Shown: in pieces, positions 10,212-20,001 of the stretch | Numbering within the stretch: position 1 is the first letter of the stretch | Layout: the number at the start of each line of letters is the position of its first letter | Assembly: GCA_945874665.1 (NCBI GenBank) | Contig: CAMCHJ010000008.1 | Span: forward strand, 3,880 to 67,879 | Length of the DNA: 64,000 nt | Origin: Chitinophaga pinensis | Lineage (GTDB): Bacteria > Bacteroidota > Bacteroidia > UBA7662 | Reading direction: 5' to 3' | Translations under genes and position numbers: made by a program | The notes under the pieces: generated by a model | The model's database searches: none | Told to the model about the DNA's origin: nothing | What the model saw: the letters and a program-made list of their open reading frames with translations, nothing else

Positions 10212-10865
10212 ATGGCCGACATCAAAGATACCGTTCGCGATTTGCGCAAAGACTACACACAGGAGTCGTTAGATGAAGCCGCCGTTTCTAAAAACCCTTT
10301 TGATCAATTCGAAGTGTGGATGCAGGACGCGGTGACTGCTAAAGTGCTTGAGCCCAATGCCATGCATTTAGCCACGGTAGATACAAACGGCAAGCCCAGC
10401 GGTCGTGTTGTTTTATTACGGGGTTTAGACAGCCGTGGTTTTGTGTTTTTTACCAATTACGAAAGCAAAAAAGGCCGGCAAATGGCAGCGAATCCTTTTG
10501 CAGCCCTCACCTTTTTTTGGCCGGAACTAGAGCGGCAGCTGCGCATTGAAGGCAGGATCGAAAAAATCAGCAGTGCCGAAAGCGACGACTACTTTTTCAG
10601 TCGCCCGCGCGGCAGTCGTTTAGGTGCGTGGGCGAGTCCACAAAGCGAAGTAATTCCCGCTCGTGAAGAAATTGACAGGCTCACCGCCATTTTAGAAGCC
10701 AAGTACCCCGGCGACACGCCTATTCCTAGGCCAGCGCACTGGGGCGGTTACCGGGTGGTGCCTGAGCTCATTGAGTTTTGGCAGGGCCGTGCTTCGCGCT
10801 TGCACGATCGCATTCAGTACAAACAACTGCCGCAGGGCTGGGTGATTGAGCGTTTAGCGCCTTGA
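10212..10865 (+). CDS. pdxH: pyridoxamine 5'-phosphate oxidase
   Basis: 217 aa, PdxH family motifs (..[24 protein letters not shown].. ..[16 protein letters not shown]..). Confidence 0.92.
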   Translation: MADIKDTVRDLRKDYTQESLDEAAVSKNPFDQFEVWMQDAVTAKVLEPNAMHLATVDTNGKPSGRVVLLRGLDSRGFVFFTNYESKKGRQMAANPFAALTFFWPELERQLRIEGRIEKISSAESDDYFFSRPRGSRLGAWASPQSEVIPAREEIDRLTAILEAKYPGDTPIPRPAHWGGYRVVPELIEFWQGRASRLHDRIQYKQLPQGWVIERLAP

Positions 10866-11572
10866 GTAGACTTTTCAAATTCAAACAATTTTCGCTCGAC
10901 GACAGCGGGGCGGCCATGAAACTGGGTACCGATGCGGTGTTGTTGGGCTGTTTGGCCGAACACCCCGCTCCTGTTACTGTTTTGGACATTGGCACCGGCA
11001 GTGGCGTCATTGCCTTGCAGCTAGCGCAACGGTTTGAGGGAGCAGCGGTAACGGCACTAGAAATCGACGCTTCCGCGGCTGCACAAGCGCAAAGCAACTT
11101 TGAGGCGAGTAGTTGGAGCCAGCGCCTGCAGCTCGTTCAGACTGACGTTACCCAATGGGAGCCAGCGCAGCTTTTTGATATGATTTGTTGCAATCCGCCT
11201 TTTTATTCAAACAGCTATCCCATTGCCGATGCGCAGCGACGCGTGGCGCGGAGTCAGGAGCAACTCAACTTTGAGCAACTCGCCCACAGTGTTGCCCGTT
11301 TGTTGCAGAAAAATGGTATTTTTTGGGTGATTTTACCGGCAGAAGGCATGCCAGACTTGCAGCAGTGCTTGGCAAAAGCAGGGCTGTATCTGCAAACACG
11401 CATCTCCATCTACCCCAAAATAGACAAAAGCTGCAACCGACAAATAGCCGCCTATCGTAAAACTGCTTCAGCAAGTGTAACGGAGCGGTCGTTGTGCATC
11501 AGGTTAGCCGACAACAGCTATACCGAGGCCTACAAACAGCTCACCAGCGCATTCTATTTGCAGCTGAAGTAA
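10862..11572 (+). CDS. tRNA (adenine-N6)-methyltransferase, TrmN6/YfiC-like (methyltransferase small domain)
   Basis: SAM-binding [13 protein letters not shown] and an NPPF(Y) N6-adenine MTase motif. Overlaps pdxH by 4 nt. Confidence 0.8.
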   Translation: MSRLFKFKQFSLDDSGAAMKLGTDAVLLGCLAEHPAPVTVLDIGTGSGVIALQLAQRFEGAAVTALEIDASAAAQAQSNFEASSWSQRLQLVQTDVTQWEPAQLFDMICCNPPFYSNSYPIADAQRRVARSQEQLNFEQLAHSVARLLQKNGIFWVILPAEGMPDLQQCLAKAGLYLQTRISIYPKIDKSCNRQIAAYRKTASASVTERSLCIRLADNSYTEAYKQLTSAFYLQLK

Positions 11573-11587
11573 CTTTTTACAAAGCAC

Positions 11588-12163
11588 TCACCCACCCGAT
11601 TCCTTTTTTTTCGCTTTCAAAATAGCTGCTTCCGTTAAACGGTCTAGCATCGCCACCCGGTAGCTCAAATACATCAAAAACAAGCTCAATAAAAGGGTAT
11701 AAAACCCAACCATATAATTAACCGTGGTGCTTTTGAGTGGATTAAAGAAGATAAACATACTAAAAGCAACACTCAACAAACCGTTGATGAGGATGAGTAC
11801 ACGAGCTGTTCCACTCGATTTGAGTCCAATCAACAGAATGGCCGCACCCATGAACAAGGCCCAGCCGCCAATCATCAATAAAAACACAGTAGCCGCAAAT
11901 GCCGTGTTAAACAGGCAATAATAGGCAATCACAGCATCCAGAATGGCAAGCAAAGCAAATGGCCACCAGGTTGTTTTTTTTTGAAACGACTGCCATCCCA
12001 CAAAACCAAAGAGCAAGGCCATGCATACAGACAAAAATCCAAGGTACAATACAAGGGTTTCCGTTGACAAATTTGGCGACGTGAGGGCAATGAGACCAAA
12101 TACGAATAAACAAAATCCTTGCAAAGCCAAGGACCACCAGTAACGAGCAAGCAAGGAGCGCAT
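11588..12163 (-). CDS. DUF308/HdeD-like small membrane protein
   Basis: Repeated short TM helices with a W/F-rich pattern typical of the HdeD/DUF308 family. The start is set at MRSLLARYWW (the ORF extends 60 nt further). Confidence 0.55.
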   Translation of the reverse strand: MRSLLARYWWSLALQGFCLFVFGLIALTSPNLSTETLVLYLGFLSVCMALLFGFVGWQSFQKKTTWWPFALLAILDAVIAYYCLFNTAFAATVFLLMIGGWALFMGAAILLIGLKSSGTARVLILINGLLSVAFSMFIFFNPLKSTTVNYMVGFYTLLLSLFLMYLSYRVAMLDRLTEAAILKAKKKESGG

Positions 12164-12333
12164 AACGTAATGATTTTGTGTTTTGAGGCAATAAAACGAA
12201 TTTTTTAGCGCCCTAATCACCATAAAGATCGTAAACTAACCCTTACAAACCTAAACCGCATATCCCAGCGAATAGGCTCCGTGACCTTCAAAAAAAAGCA
12301 AAAAAAAGAGCATTACCGGTTGGTAATGCTCTT

Positions 12334-12409
12334 TGGTGATTCCGCTGGGATTCGAACCCAGGACCCATACATTAAAAGTGTATTGCTCTACCAGCTGAGC
12401 TACAGAATC
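12334..12409 (-). tRNA. tRNA-Lys (anticodon TTT)
   Basis: Cloverleaf reconstructed on the minus strand: acceptor GATTCTG/CGGAATC, anticodon stem ATACA/TGTAT with loop CTTTTAA, T-loop GGTTCGAATCC, encoded ACCA 3' end. Confidence 0.9.
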
Positions 12410-12526
12410 GTTTTCAAACCGAGGTTTTGAAAAGGTTGTGCAAAGATAGAGTTATCGACCGAAAAAGCAAAAGCAGCTCTGTAAAAAAGCAAAAAAACAC
12501 CCTCAGAAGCTGTGTGTATTTGATAA

Positions 12527-13687
12527 TCAAGCTGTTTTGATCTCAAACTTTTTTACCTGGTGGCCTGAAAGCAGTGGTTTTTGCAATGTTAAGTGCTTTC
12601 TGAGGGGGGTCGCGCCTACAGCAGCATGCAAAGCAAGCATCTTCTTATTAAAATCGCCTACCCAAGCGAGCTCCACCTCTTCGAAAGTCGGGTGTGCTTT
12701 GCGTATTTGTTTATAGGCATTTTGAAGCAGTACCGACTCTATGCCCATGTTTTGAAAGCGCTCCTGAACCCCCATCGCCACAATTTTTAACCGGCGAAAC
12801 TTGGTGGCACGGCGGTAGTACAAAAACTTAAGTTTTGAAAAAAGACTATTTACGGCCCCTGTACGTAACAAAACCTCATTCAAATCGGGGAGCATCAACA
12901 AAAAAGCCGCGGGCTCGTCGTTTACAAAAGCAAACCAAATGAGGTCTTCCACCAAAATAGGCTTCATTCGGCGAAAATCATTTTGCACTTTGGCCAGATC
13001 AATGGGACTAAAATTCTCAAAATTAGACCAAGCGTTATTAAAAACGTGTACCACAGCATTGGCATAAAAATCGAAACGGCTCGAATCAAAATGCGCTACA
13101 CGCACCTTAGACTTGGCGGTTGCCCAATCGGCAATTTTATGAAATCGCTCGGGTAAGCCTTTTCCCATTTCAATAAAACTGGTCAGCTGCTCGTAATATG
13201 GCAGGTAGCCTGCAGCTTCAAAAAAGGCCACACAATAGGGAGGATTCCAGTTCATGCCAAACGACGGGTTGTCGTAACCCTCGGTGAGCAGTCCCCAATA
13301 CTGATCGTTTTCACCCAAATTTATCGGCCCATCCACCCAATCGTAACCTTTATTCCGCAGCCATTTTTCGGCTGTTTCGAACAAGCAGGCAGCGGCCGCA
13401 GCATCGTTGATACAGGCAAAAAAACCTACCGCCCCAGCATTTTCGTGAGGGGCTTTTTTAGGATGATCGAAAGCAGCAATGCGGCCTACAGGCTGTTGAT
13501 CGTTGTACAGCAGCCAACGCTGATGTGCCAGTTCCGCGGCTTTTTGGTTGTGCGCCGGATCAAAAACACGCTCCGCCATTTGAATAGGCACACCAACATA
13601 ATGCGGCATGTTGCGATACAAAAGGTCGGGCAGTTGGGCAAATAAGCGCGCCGTCATTGGGTCACGCACTTCAACGATGTGCATCAT
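12527..13687 (-). CDS. conserved hypothetical protein, possibly N-acyltransferase-like (unverified)
   Basis: 386-aa ORF with good coding character, overlapping the upstream adhesin gene by ATGA. No family recognised with certainty from sequence alone. Confidence 0.55.
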   Translation of the reverse strand: MMHIVEVRDPMTARLFAQLPDLLYRNMPHYVGVPIQMAERVFDPAHNQKAAELAHQRWLLYNDQQPVGRIAAFDHPKKAPHENAGAVGFFACINDAAAAACLFETAEKWLRNKGYDWVDGPINLGENDQYWGLLTEGYDNPSFGMNWNPPYCVAFFEAAGYLPYYEQLTSFIEMGKGLPERFHKIADWATAKSKVRVAHFDSSRFDFYANAVVHVFNNAWSNFENFSPIDLAKVQNDFRRMKPILVEDLIWFAFVNDEPAAFLLMLPDLNEVLLRTGAVNSLFSKLKFLYYRRATKFRRLKIVAMGVQERFQNMGIESVLLQNAYKQIRKAHPTFEEVELAWVGDFNKKMLALHAAVGATPLRKHLTLQKPLLSGHQVKKFEIKTA

Positions 13688-16600
13688 CGAATCAACACAA
13701 TTTGCCCAGTACGGTTGTAAGGCCTGCCGTTTTTACCTTGGGCTTTGAGCACATATGGATAAACCCCAGCGGGCAAAGCTTCACCATTTTGCGTGCCATC
13801 CCAGGTAAAAGTTTCGGACTTACCGGTAAATACCAAGCCCCCCCAGCGGTCGTAGATTAAAAACTCAAAAGCTTTAAAGTTGCGTATTACGCCCCTAAAA
13901 ACGTCATTTATACCATCACCATTGGGTGTAAAGGCATTTGGAAGCAAAATTTGAATGCTGTCGATGATCACAAATTCATAAAGGAGACTGTCGCTGCAGC
14001 CCGTCACTACATTACGTACGTTGAGACGCACACTGTAGGCACCGGGTGCGCGGTAAATGTGCTGGGGATTGGCTTCAATGCTGCCGTTACCGTCACCAAA
14101 ATCCCATACAAAACGCAATTGGTTGGCATCAGGACTCAAATTGGTAAAGTTCACCAGTTGAGGGGCGTAGCCGGTATCGGGACTAAAAGTAAAATCGGCC
14201 TCCGCAGTAGCATTGGTCAATAAAATGGTATCGTTCAACGAGCGGCAATCGCCCAGATAAGCAATTACCCAATACACCGCTTGCGTGGCTGTGGTAGCAC
14301 GGATGCTGGAGGTAGTATCGCCAGTGCTCCATAAATAGCGGGTGCCCCCACTCACTTGGAGGGTAACCGTATCGTCGTTGCATACGTAACGGTCGGCGCT
14401 GCCATTCACCTGCACCCGCACTTCGGGATTGATGCGAATGCTGTCGATGTAACTGCAGCCTAAAGTATCGGAAAGCGCTAAATACACCCAGCGTGCCGGC
14501 AAGCTGCTGAAGGTTTGTTGCCAAGAACTAGGGTCTGTAATATCGGGGTCAGGTAGCCACGAAAAGCCCACAAAAGCAGCGGCCAAATTGGGGTCGAGCA
14601 CATAGTTTTCGCCAAAGCACCAGGAGGCATTGAGACCTCGGAAGGGGGAAATGGGGGCAAGAACTTCCAAAAAGGTGCTGTCGATAGAAATACAGCCCCG
14701 AGTATCGGTAACGGTTACCACGTACCAGCGGCTGGAAGCTGCCAAAACACGCACTGAATCAGCAGCACCACCGGTCAAGGTGGCATCGGATCGCCAGCTG
14801 TACTGCAGTCCACCGCTGGCCCGTAAGGTCACTGAGTCGCCGGGACAAGCCGCACCAATCTGCTCAATCAGCACCACAGGCAGTGGCTCTACCACGATGT
14901 TTTGAAGGATGGTATCAGCACCAAAGCAGGTAACGATGATTAATTGCACTTGGTAGGTACCAGGACTGGTGTATGTAAATAAGGGTGATGGCAGGTTAGA
15001 AGTTGCCCCTGCTACACCAAAGCTCCAATAAAAATCACCTGTTTGCGTGGCTGTTGGTCTAAACTGAACAGGCGTATTCAAACAAACCACACTGTCGAGG
15101 AGGTACTGCGTGGTGAATTGCGCCACAGGAATTACATACTCTAAATCGATTTTGAATACGGCGCCATTGCATTCGCCAGGGCCATTGTTGGCGTTGTTCG
15201 TGGCCGACCACGCGCCTGGTGTGGTGGGCCAATCGCTGTTGCCGCCACAGCCCGCACAAACCGCGTGGTAAATGATCCCTTCTTTCGAAAAGCGACAAGT
15301 ACCGCCATCCACATGCTCATCGGAAGTACTGCCACCAAAAAAAGTACCGTATAACAGCGACTGCATATCGGCTTCGAACACCGTGATGTACATATCGCTG
15401 CCATCGGTGGTGGCTTGTAAGGCATTGCTGGTGGTGGGTAGGCCAGTCATTGGACTCGCAAAAGCATTTCGTCCAAAATTCACAGACCCGCCCCAGCCTG
15501 TCACATAAATTTTACCACACACATCCACCAAAAAAGCAGTCAATGAAAACTGCGGGCCCGCGGCATTCGACACCCCAATCACCGTACTTAATTCCAAAGC
15601 AGTTAAATCGCTGCTATAGCGCTGCACAAAATGGCGTGCATTTGGAACTTGATAAATGCTGGCTGGCAGCACCGGGAAATTGCCCATGCTAAAACCCGTT
15701 ACGTACACCTTACCGGCTGCATCGGTATCCAACAAATACGCTTGATCGTAACTTGCGGTACCGAGGTAGGTGCCCGATAAAATACCCCCTCCTGCTGTGG
15801 TGCGCAACCGCAACAAAAAACCATCGCTAGACCCTTGTTGGGTGCGTTGAAAACCCGTTGACAAGCCTGTAATCGGAAAATTACCGCTAAAAGTACTGCC
15901 CGTAACCAAAACGGTATCGCCGCCTGCACTCTTTACGCCGTAGGCCGCATCCATGCCACTGCCCCCGAGGTAGGTGCTGTACAGCAGACTCGTTAAAGTG
16001 GGATTGAGCTTGATGAGCAGCCCGTCTTGTACCCCGCCAAAAGTTGTTTGCGCAGCATTCACCAGCGGAAAATTATTAGAATTGGTATTGCTCGCCACCA
16101 AAACATTTCCTTGTTGGTCAATCAATATTTCCCCGCGTCCGTCATCCCCATAATTAAACTCCAGTGAGTTTAAATTATACTGCTGGTTGTTTCCATTGTT
16201 TTCAGACTCATCGGCACTGCCACCAATGTACGTAGAGCCCACCAAAACGCTGCCGGTGGCATTCAAGCGACTTACCACCAAGTCGTAACCCCCATTGTGT
16301 GTGGGATCGTAGGCCGACGACAAAGTAGGAAAATTGGAAGCGTCCGATTTTCCAAGAATAAACAAATGATTAGCGGCATCGGTCACCAAACTCAGCGCAT
16401 AATCGGCTCCCGAGCCCCCGAGGTAGGTGCTGTAAACAAGCGCCCCTCCATTTTGCGAAAACTTAGAAATAACCATGTCAACATCACCCGCAAAAACCGT
16501 TTGATAGGCGCCCAAGGTGGTTGGGTAACCCGAATTAAAGGTGATACCACCCAGATAAATACTCTCTGCAGCATCGTAGGTAGCGGTAAAACCCCAGTTG

Positions 16601-17376
16601 CTGGTATTTGAACCCGTGTAGGTACTCGCCACCAAGGTGGGATCGAGCACCAGTTTTTGCTGCGGATTGTAGTTGCCCAGGCGGAATTGCCAGCCGTCGG
16701 CAGTGCTTTCAAAGGCGATGTTTACAGCCTGCTGACCGGCGGCTGTTTCGGTCCAGGCCGTCGGTGGCGCTTCGTAATAACTGGTGGTTTGGGCGGGATA
16801 ATGGAGCCTGCCATCGGGCAAAAGCGCACTTTGTAATCCGCTGATGCGGGCCCTCACCAAAGCCGGATCGGCAGCTGGCTGCACATGAAACTCATATTTA
16901 AAGCCACTGTGGGCGTCGAGGTGGAGGTCGATACCAGGATAAAAATCCTTGAGCACCATTTTTTTATACGGCTTGATGGCGCTGGCCCATTTGGAAGGGT
17001 CTTGTCCGATAAAATAGTTGAGCTCGAACGACTGCTGCTCCTCCCAAATAACTTGACCTGAAAAAGTACTGCCCTCAAACTGTGTTTTCCAGGCATGTTG
17101 TTGCACCAAATTATTGGTTTTGGCACCTTGGTGGATGGCCGCCAAATCGGCTGCGCTGCTGCTCAACCAGGTAAATCCATCTTTCGTCACAAAAATACGC
17201 AAGGCTGGTAAATCGAGTTGCGCCAGAACTTCGGACGGGAATTGACCGCGATTGGGTACAAAATAGGCGCCTCTTGCTTGATCGTTGTGGGCAAATAGCA
17301 GGCTCGGCAGACCGCAAAGCAGCACCAACCACAGCCAAACTTGCGCCTTTAACGCCTGCAAAACATTGTTCACCAA
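13684..17376 (-). CDS. large secreted SBBP-repeat/PKD-domain surface protein with T9SS type B (gliding motility-associated) C-terminal domain
   Basis: Signal peptide, repeated YSTYLGGSG..D (SBBP beta-propeller) motifs, a PKD domain (FVWDFGDGNGS..), and a C-terminus ..LLPNAFTPNGDGINDVF..YDRWGGLVF.. characteristic of the TIGR04131 CTD; 1230 aa. Confidence 0.85.
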   Translation of the reverse strand: MVNNVLQALKAQVWLWLVLLCGLPSLLFAHNDQARGAYFVPNRGQFPSEVLAQLDLPALRIFVTKDGFTWLSSSAADLAAIHQGAKTNNLVQQHAWKTQFEGSTFSGQVIWEEQQSFELNYFIGQDPSKWASAIKPYKKMVLKDFYPGIDLHLDAHSGFKYEFHVQPAADPALVRARISGLQSALLPDGRLHYPAQTTSYYEAPPTAWTETAAGQQAVNIAFESTADGWQFRLGNYNPQQKLVLDPTLVASTYTGSNTSNWGFTATYDAAESIYLGGITFNSGYPTTLGAYQTVFAGDVDMVISKFSQNGGALVYSTYLGGSGADYALSLVTDAANHLFILGKSDASNFPTLSSAYDPTHNGGYDLVVSRLNATGSVLVGSTYIGGSADESENNGNNQQYNLNSLEFNYGDDGRGEILIDQQGNVLVASNTNSNNFPLVNAAQTTFGGVQDGLLIKLNPTLTSLLYSTYLGGSGMDAAYGVKSAGGDTVLVTGSTFSGNFPITGLSTGFQRTQQGSSDGFLLRLRTTAGGGILSGTYLGTASYDQAYLLDTDAAGKVYVTGFSMGNFPVLPASIYQVPNARHFVQRYSSDLTALELSTVIGVSNAAGPQFSLTAFLVDVCGKIYVTGWGGSVNFGRNAFASPMTGLPTTSNALQATTDGSDMYITVFEADMQSLLYGTFFGGSTSDEHVDGGTCRFSKEGIIYHAVCAGCGGNSDWPTTPGAWSATNNANNGPGECNGAVFKIDLEYVIPVAQFTTQYLLDSVVCLNTPVQFRPTATQTGDFYWSFGVAGATSNLPSPLFTYTSPGTYQVQLIIVTCFGADTILQNIVVEPLPVVLIEQIGAACPGDSVTLRASGGLQYSWRSDATLTGGAADSVRVLAASSRWYVVTVTDTRGCISIDSTFLEVLAPISPFRGLNASWCFGENYVLDPNLAAAFVGFSWLPDPDITDPSSWQQTFSSLPARWVYLALSDTLGCSYIDSIRINPEVRVQVNGSADRYVCNDDTVTLQVSGGTRYLWSTGDTTSSIRATTATQAVYWVIAYLGDCRSLNDTILLTNATAEADFTFSPDTGYAPQLVNFTNLSPDANQLRFVWDFGDGNGSIEANPQHIYRAPGAYSVRLNVRNVVTGCSDSLLYEFVIIDSIQILLPNAFTPNGDGINDVFRGVIRNFKAFEFLIYDRWGGLVFTGKSETFTWDGTQNGEALPAGVYPYVLKAQGKNGRPYNRTGQIVLIR

Positions 17377-17408
17377 GGTAAAAATAGGGATTCAGGCATT
17401 AAAATGCG

Positions 17409-18224
17409 CTAAAATCTAAATACGAACCTGTTAGAAAGTGTAAAATAGAATTTTTCGATGGGCACAACCGGCTGGGTATCGTAAATACCGTCGTAATTAA
17501 CGCGGAATTCGAGGTTTTTACTCACCAAAAAGATGAGTTCCAGGTTACCCGCGAGGCGAAAATCGTTGAAAAAATATTCAGGACGTGCTTGGTAATAAAA
17601 GGTAGAGCCCACACGTAAATTCGGTGCTATTTTTCTAAAAAACCGAATGTAGGCATTAAACTTCAAGAGGTTCACATTGCGATCGGTGAGCACAAGTGGG
17701 CGGCGTTCGCTCGGCACCGCACCGTAGCCCCACTGTTCAAACTCATAAAAGGCTCCAAAACCAGCAAAAAGACTGCCTAGACTATCGTTTTGCAACTGCT
17801 GCCGAATGTTAGAGCCAAGTATAAATCTGTTTTTTAGTCCTCGCACACCATCCCACTGGTATTGCGCATAATGCTCTAGGAGCAGCAATTTGCCGGTATT
17901 ATCGCGGAGCCGAAAATGGGCAAAGCCACCATTGAGCAACAGGTCGTTGCCGGTACCCGTTACCCGCACACGGGAGGCCGTGAGCAGCGATTTGGTTTTG
18001 ATGCGGAGGGCGGCATCTACGTCGGTGAAAACGCTGTACACCAAGGCTTGCTGCTTATCGAGATTGACTCCAAAAGCCGTTTGCCCACGCCATTTTTCAA
18101 GCGGCTCATTCTGACTTTGGAAAGCCTCGGCATTCAAAATCTGTGCAAAAGTGGCTGTATTCGCCAAAAGCAGCACGCCTAACAGGCCGCTTTTAATCCA
18201 TCCACTCAAACCGTGCAGCTCCAT
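17409..18224 (-). CDS. putative outer-membrane beta-barrel protein (DUF481-like)
   Basis: Signal peptide (..LLLANTATFAQ), alternating amphipathic strands, and a C-terminal ..RFVFRF aromatic terminus typical of OM beta-barrels. Confidence 0.5.
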   Translation of the reverse strand: MELHGLSGWIKSGLLGVLLLANTATFAQILNAEAFQSQNEPLEKWRGQTAFGVNLDKQQALVYSVFTDVDAALRIKTKSLLTASRVRVTGTGNDLLLNGGFAHFRLRDNTGKLLLLEHYAQYQWDGVRGLKNRFILGSNIRQQLQNDSLGSLFAGFGAFYEFEQWGYGAVPSERRPLVLTDRNVNLLKFNAYIRFFRKIAPNLRVGSTFYYQARPEYFFNDFRLAGNLELIFLVSKNLEFRVNYDGIYDTQPVVPIEKFYFTLSNRFVFRF

Positions 18225-18867
18225 TTAATTTGACTTTGAGGTCGGCATAATGCTCAATATCCACCAGCACCACCCATGACTTACCCGGTTCGGCCAGCAC
18301 TTTTTCGCTGATATGGCTGAGCAGCTGGTTGACGTAGCGTTTGCGCAGTTTATCGGACTGACCGGCAGTCCATTGATCAATTGGTGCATGCAAGCGTGCC
18401 AATAGGGCATCGCGTTGGGCGCCTTTAGCCAGCACGGCCAAGCGCCGCAGTCGCTCGTTTTGTGCCAAATGTTGGTTCAGCGAATCGGTTTGTGCCGCTG
18501 GTACTTTATAAATCATATTGGCATAGCTCAACAAAAAGGCCCTTAAAAACAGGGTATCTGGTGTCATATCGTGCCAATCGAGTACCGATTGCTGTTGAAA
18601 AGGCAGCAACAATATGCTATCCAGCTGATCGGGAAACGGCATCGTATAATGGTGACTGTGCTTTTCATAAAACACACCGCTGTACTGCGAGTCTGCCAAC
18701 AGCTCCGCAAAAACCTGCTGTCCACCGCCTAAAATACTGCCATCGTGGGCCACCACTTGCACCCGTGCAAGCAATTGTTTGTCGTTAGCCAAACGGGTAA
18801 GGAGCACGGCGGCGCCAGTGAGCACAAAGACCACCAACAGAAAACTGATTTTTTGACTACTCCACAT
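18193..18867 (-). CDS. hypothetical N-terminally membrane-anchored protein
   Basis: 224-aa ORF with one N-terminal TM helix. The 3' end overlaps the downstream barrel gene by 32 nt. Confidence 0.45.
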   Translation of the reverse strand: MWSSQKISFLLVVFVLTGAAVLLTRLANDKQLLARVQVVAHDGSILGGGQQVFAELLADSQYSGVFYEKHSHHYTMPFPDQLDSILLLPFQQQSVLDWHDMTPDTLFLRAFLLSYANMIYKVPAAQTDSLNQHLAQNERLRRLAVLAKGAQRDALLARLHAPIDQWTAGQSDKLRKRYVNQLLSHISEKVLAEPGKSWVVLVDIEHYADLKVKLNGAARFEWMD

Positions 18868-18984
18868 AAAGCACCAAAGTTACGGAAGTGTGTGAAATTG
18901 TACCCACAAGAAATGCAGCCATTGAAACCTGCGGCTTATTTTTTTGTTGACAATAGGTGTCTGCTCCCTTGCATACCTTTGAAT

Positions 18985-20001
18985 ATGTCGCATTTACTCG
19001 AATTTAGGCCTGAGGGCATGTATTGTGCAGCCGCAGACGTGTACATCGACCCGTGGCGGAAGGTACACAAGGCCCTCATTACCCATGCGCATGCAGACCA
19101 TGCACGCTGGGGACAGCGGCATTACATAGCCCAGGAGCACAACGAGCACGTAATGCGGGCGCGGTTGGGCAAGGATATTTCGCTGCAAACGGTGGCTTAT
19201 GGCGAGGCGCTGCACATCAACGGCGTGCGGTTTAGCTGGCACCCGGCGGGTCACATTCCTGGTTCGGCCCAAATTAGGGTGGAGCACAAAGGCGAGGTTT
19301 GGGTGGCTTCGGGCGACTATAAGGTAGAAAACGACGGGCTCAGTCCCGCATTTGAACCCATCGCCTGCCATACTTTTATCACCGAATGCACCTTTGGCAT
19401 GCCCATTTACCGTTGGGAGCCCCAGGCGTTGCGTTTTGAAGAAATAAACCAGTGGTGGACCGAGGCTGCGGCAACTGGCAAAAACTGCGTGCTCTTTGGC
19501 TATTCGTTGGGCAAGGCGCAACGGCTGTTGAGCGGCTTAAATCCCAGCATCGGACCCATTTTTGTGCATCCCAGCATTGCTCAAATGAACGATGCTTTGG
19601 CGGCGGTGGGCTTTCAGCTGCCTGCCACCTTGCCGCTAAGCAGCTACAACCGCAGTGTGCACGGCACGGGGGCAATGGTGCTGGCCCCTCCCGGTGCGGC
19701 CGAAGGCAGTTGGCAAAAGAAACTCGAGCCTTATACCGATGCCACGGCTTCGGGTTGGGTGCAGGTACGGGGCAACCGCCGGCGGCAGTCGCTCGACCGC
19801 GGTTTTGTAATCAGCGACCATGCCGATTACCCGGGTTTGTTGCAGGCCATTAGCGCCACGGGGGCCGAAAAGGTAATTTGTACCCATGGTTTCACCGCAC
19901 TTTTTAGTCGGCAACTGCGCGAAATGGGCATTGCAGCGCAAGAAGAACGTACCTTGTTTATGGGAGAAGGCGGCGCGGATGCCCAGGAGGAGGAGGCATG
20001 A
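18985..20001 (+). CDS. ligase-associated DNA damage response exonuclease (metallo-beta-lactamase fold)
   Basis: MBL signature HAHADH at the N-terminus, then motifs matching the exonuclease that accompanies LigC-type ligases. The start is set at MSHLLEF (18985); the upstream in-frame extension of the ORF is rejected. Confidence 0.78.
   Translation: MSHLLEFRPEGMYCAAADVYIDPWRKVHKALITHAHADHARWGQRHYIAQEHNEHVMRARLGKDISLQTVAYGEALHINGVRFSWHPAGHIPGSAQIRVEHKGEVWVASGDYKVENDGLSPAFEPIACHTFITECTFGMPIYRWEPQALRFEEINQWWTEAAATGKNCVLFGYSLGKAQRLLSGLNPSIGPIFVHPSIAQMNDALAAVGFQLPATLPLSSYNRSVHGTGAMVLAPPGAAEGSWQKKLEPYTDATASGWVQVRGNRRRQSLDRGFVISDHADYPGLLQAISATGAEKVICTHGFTALFSRQLREMGIAAQEERTLFMGEGGADAQEEEA

Noticed and set aside
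17409-18867. Two-gene module of unknown function (membrane-anchored protein plus DUF481-like OM barrel) as a candidate novel system
   Set aside because: Apart from a 32-nt overlap suggesting co-transcription, there are no informative motifs. There is insufficient evidence for any functional claim, so both are listed only as hypothetical CDS.
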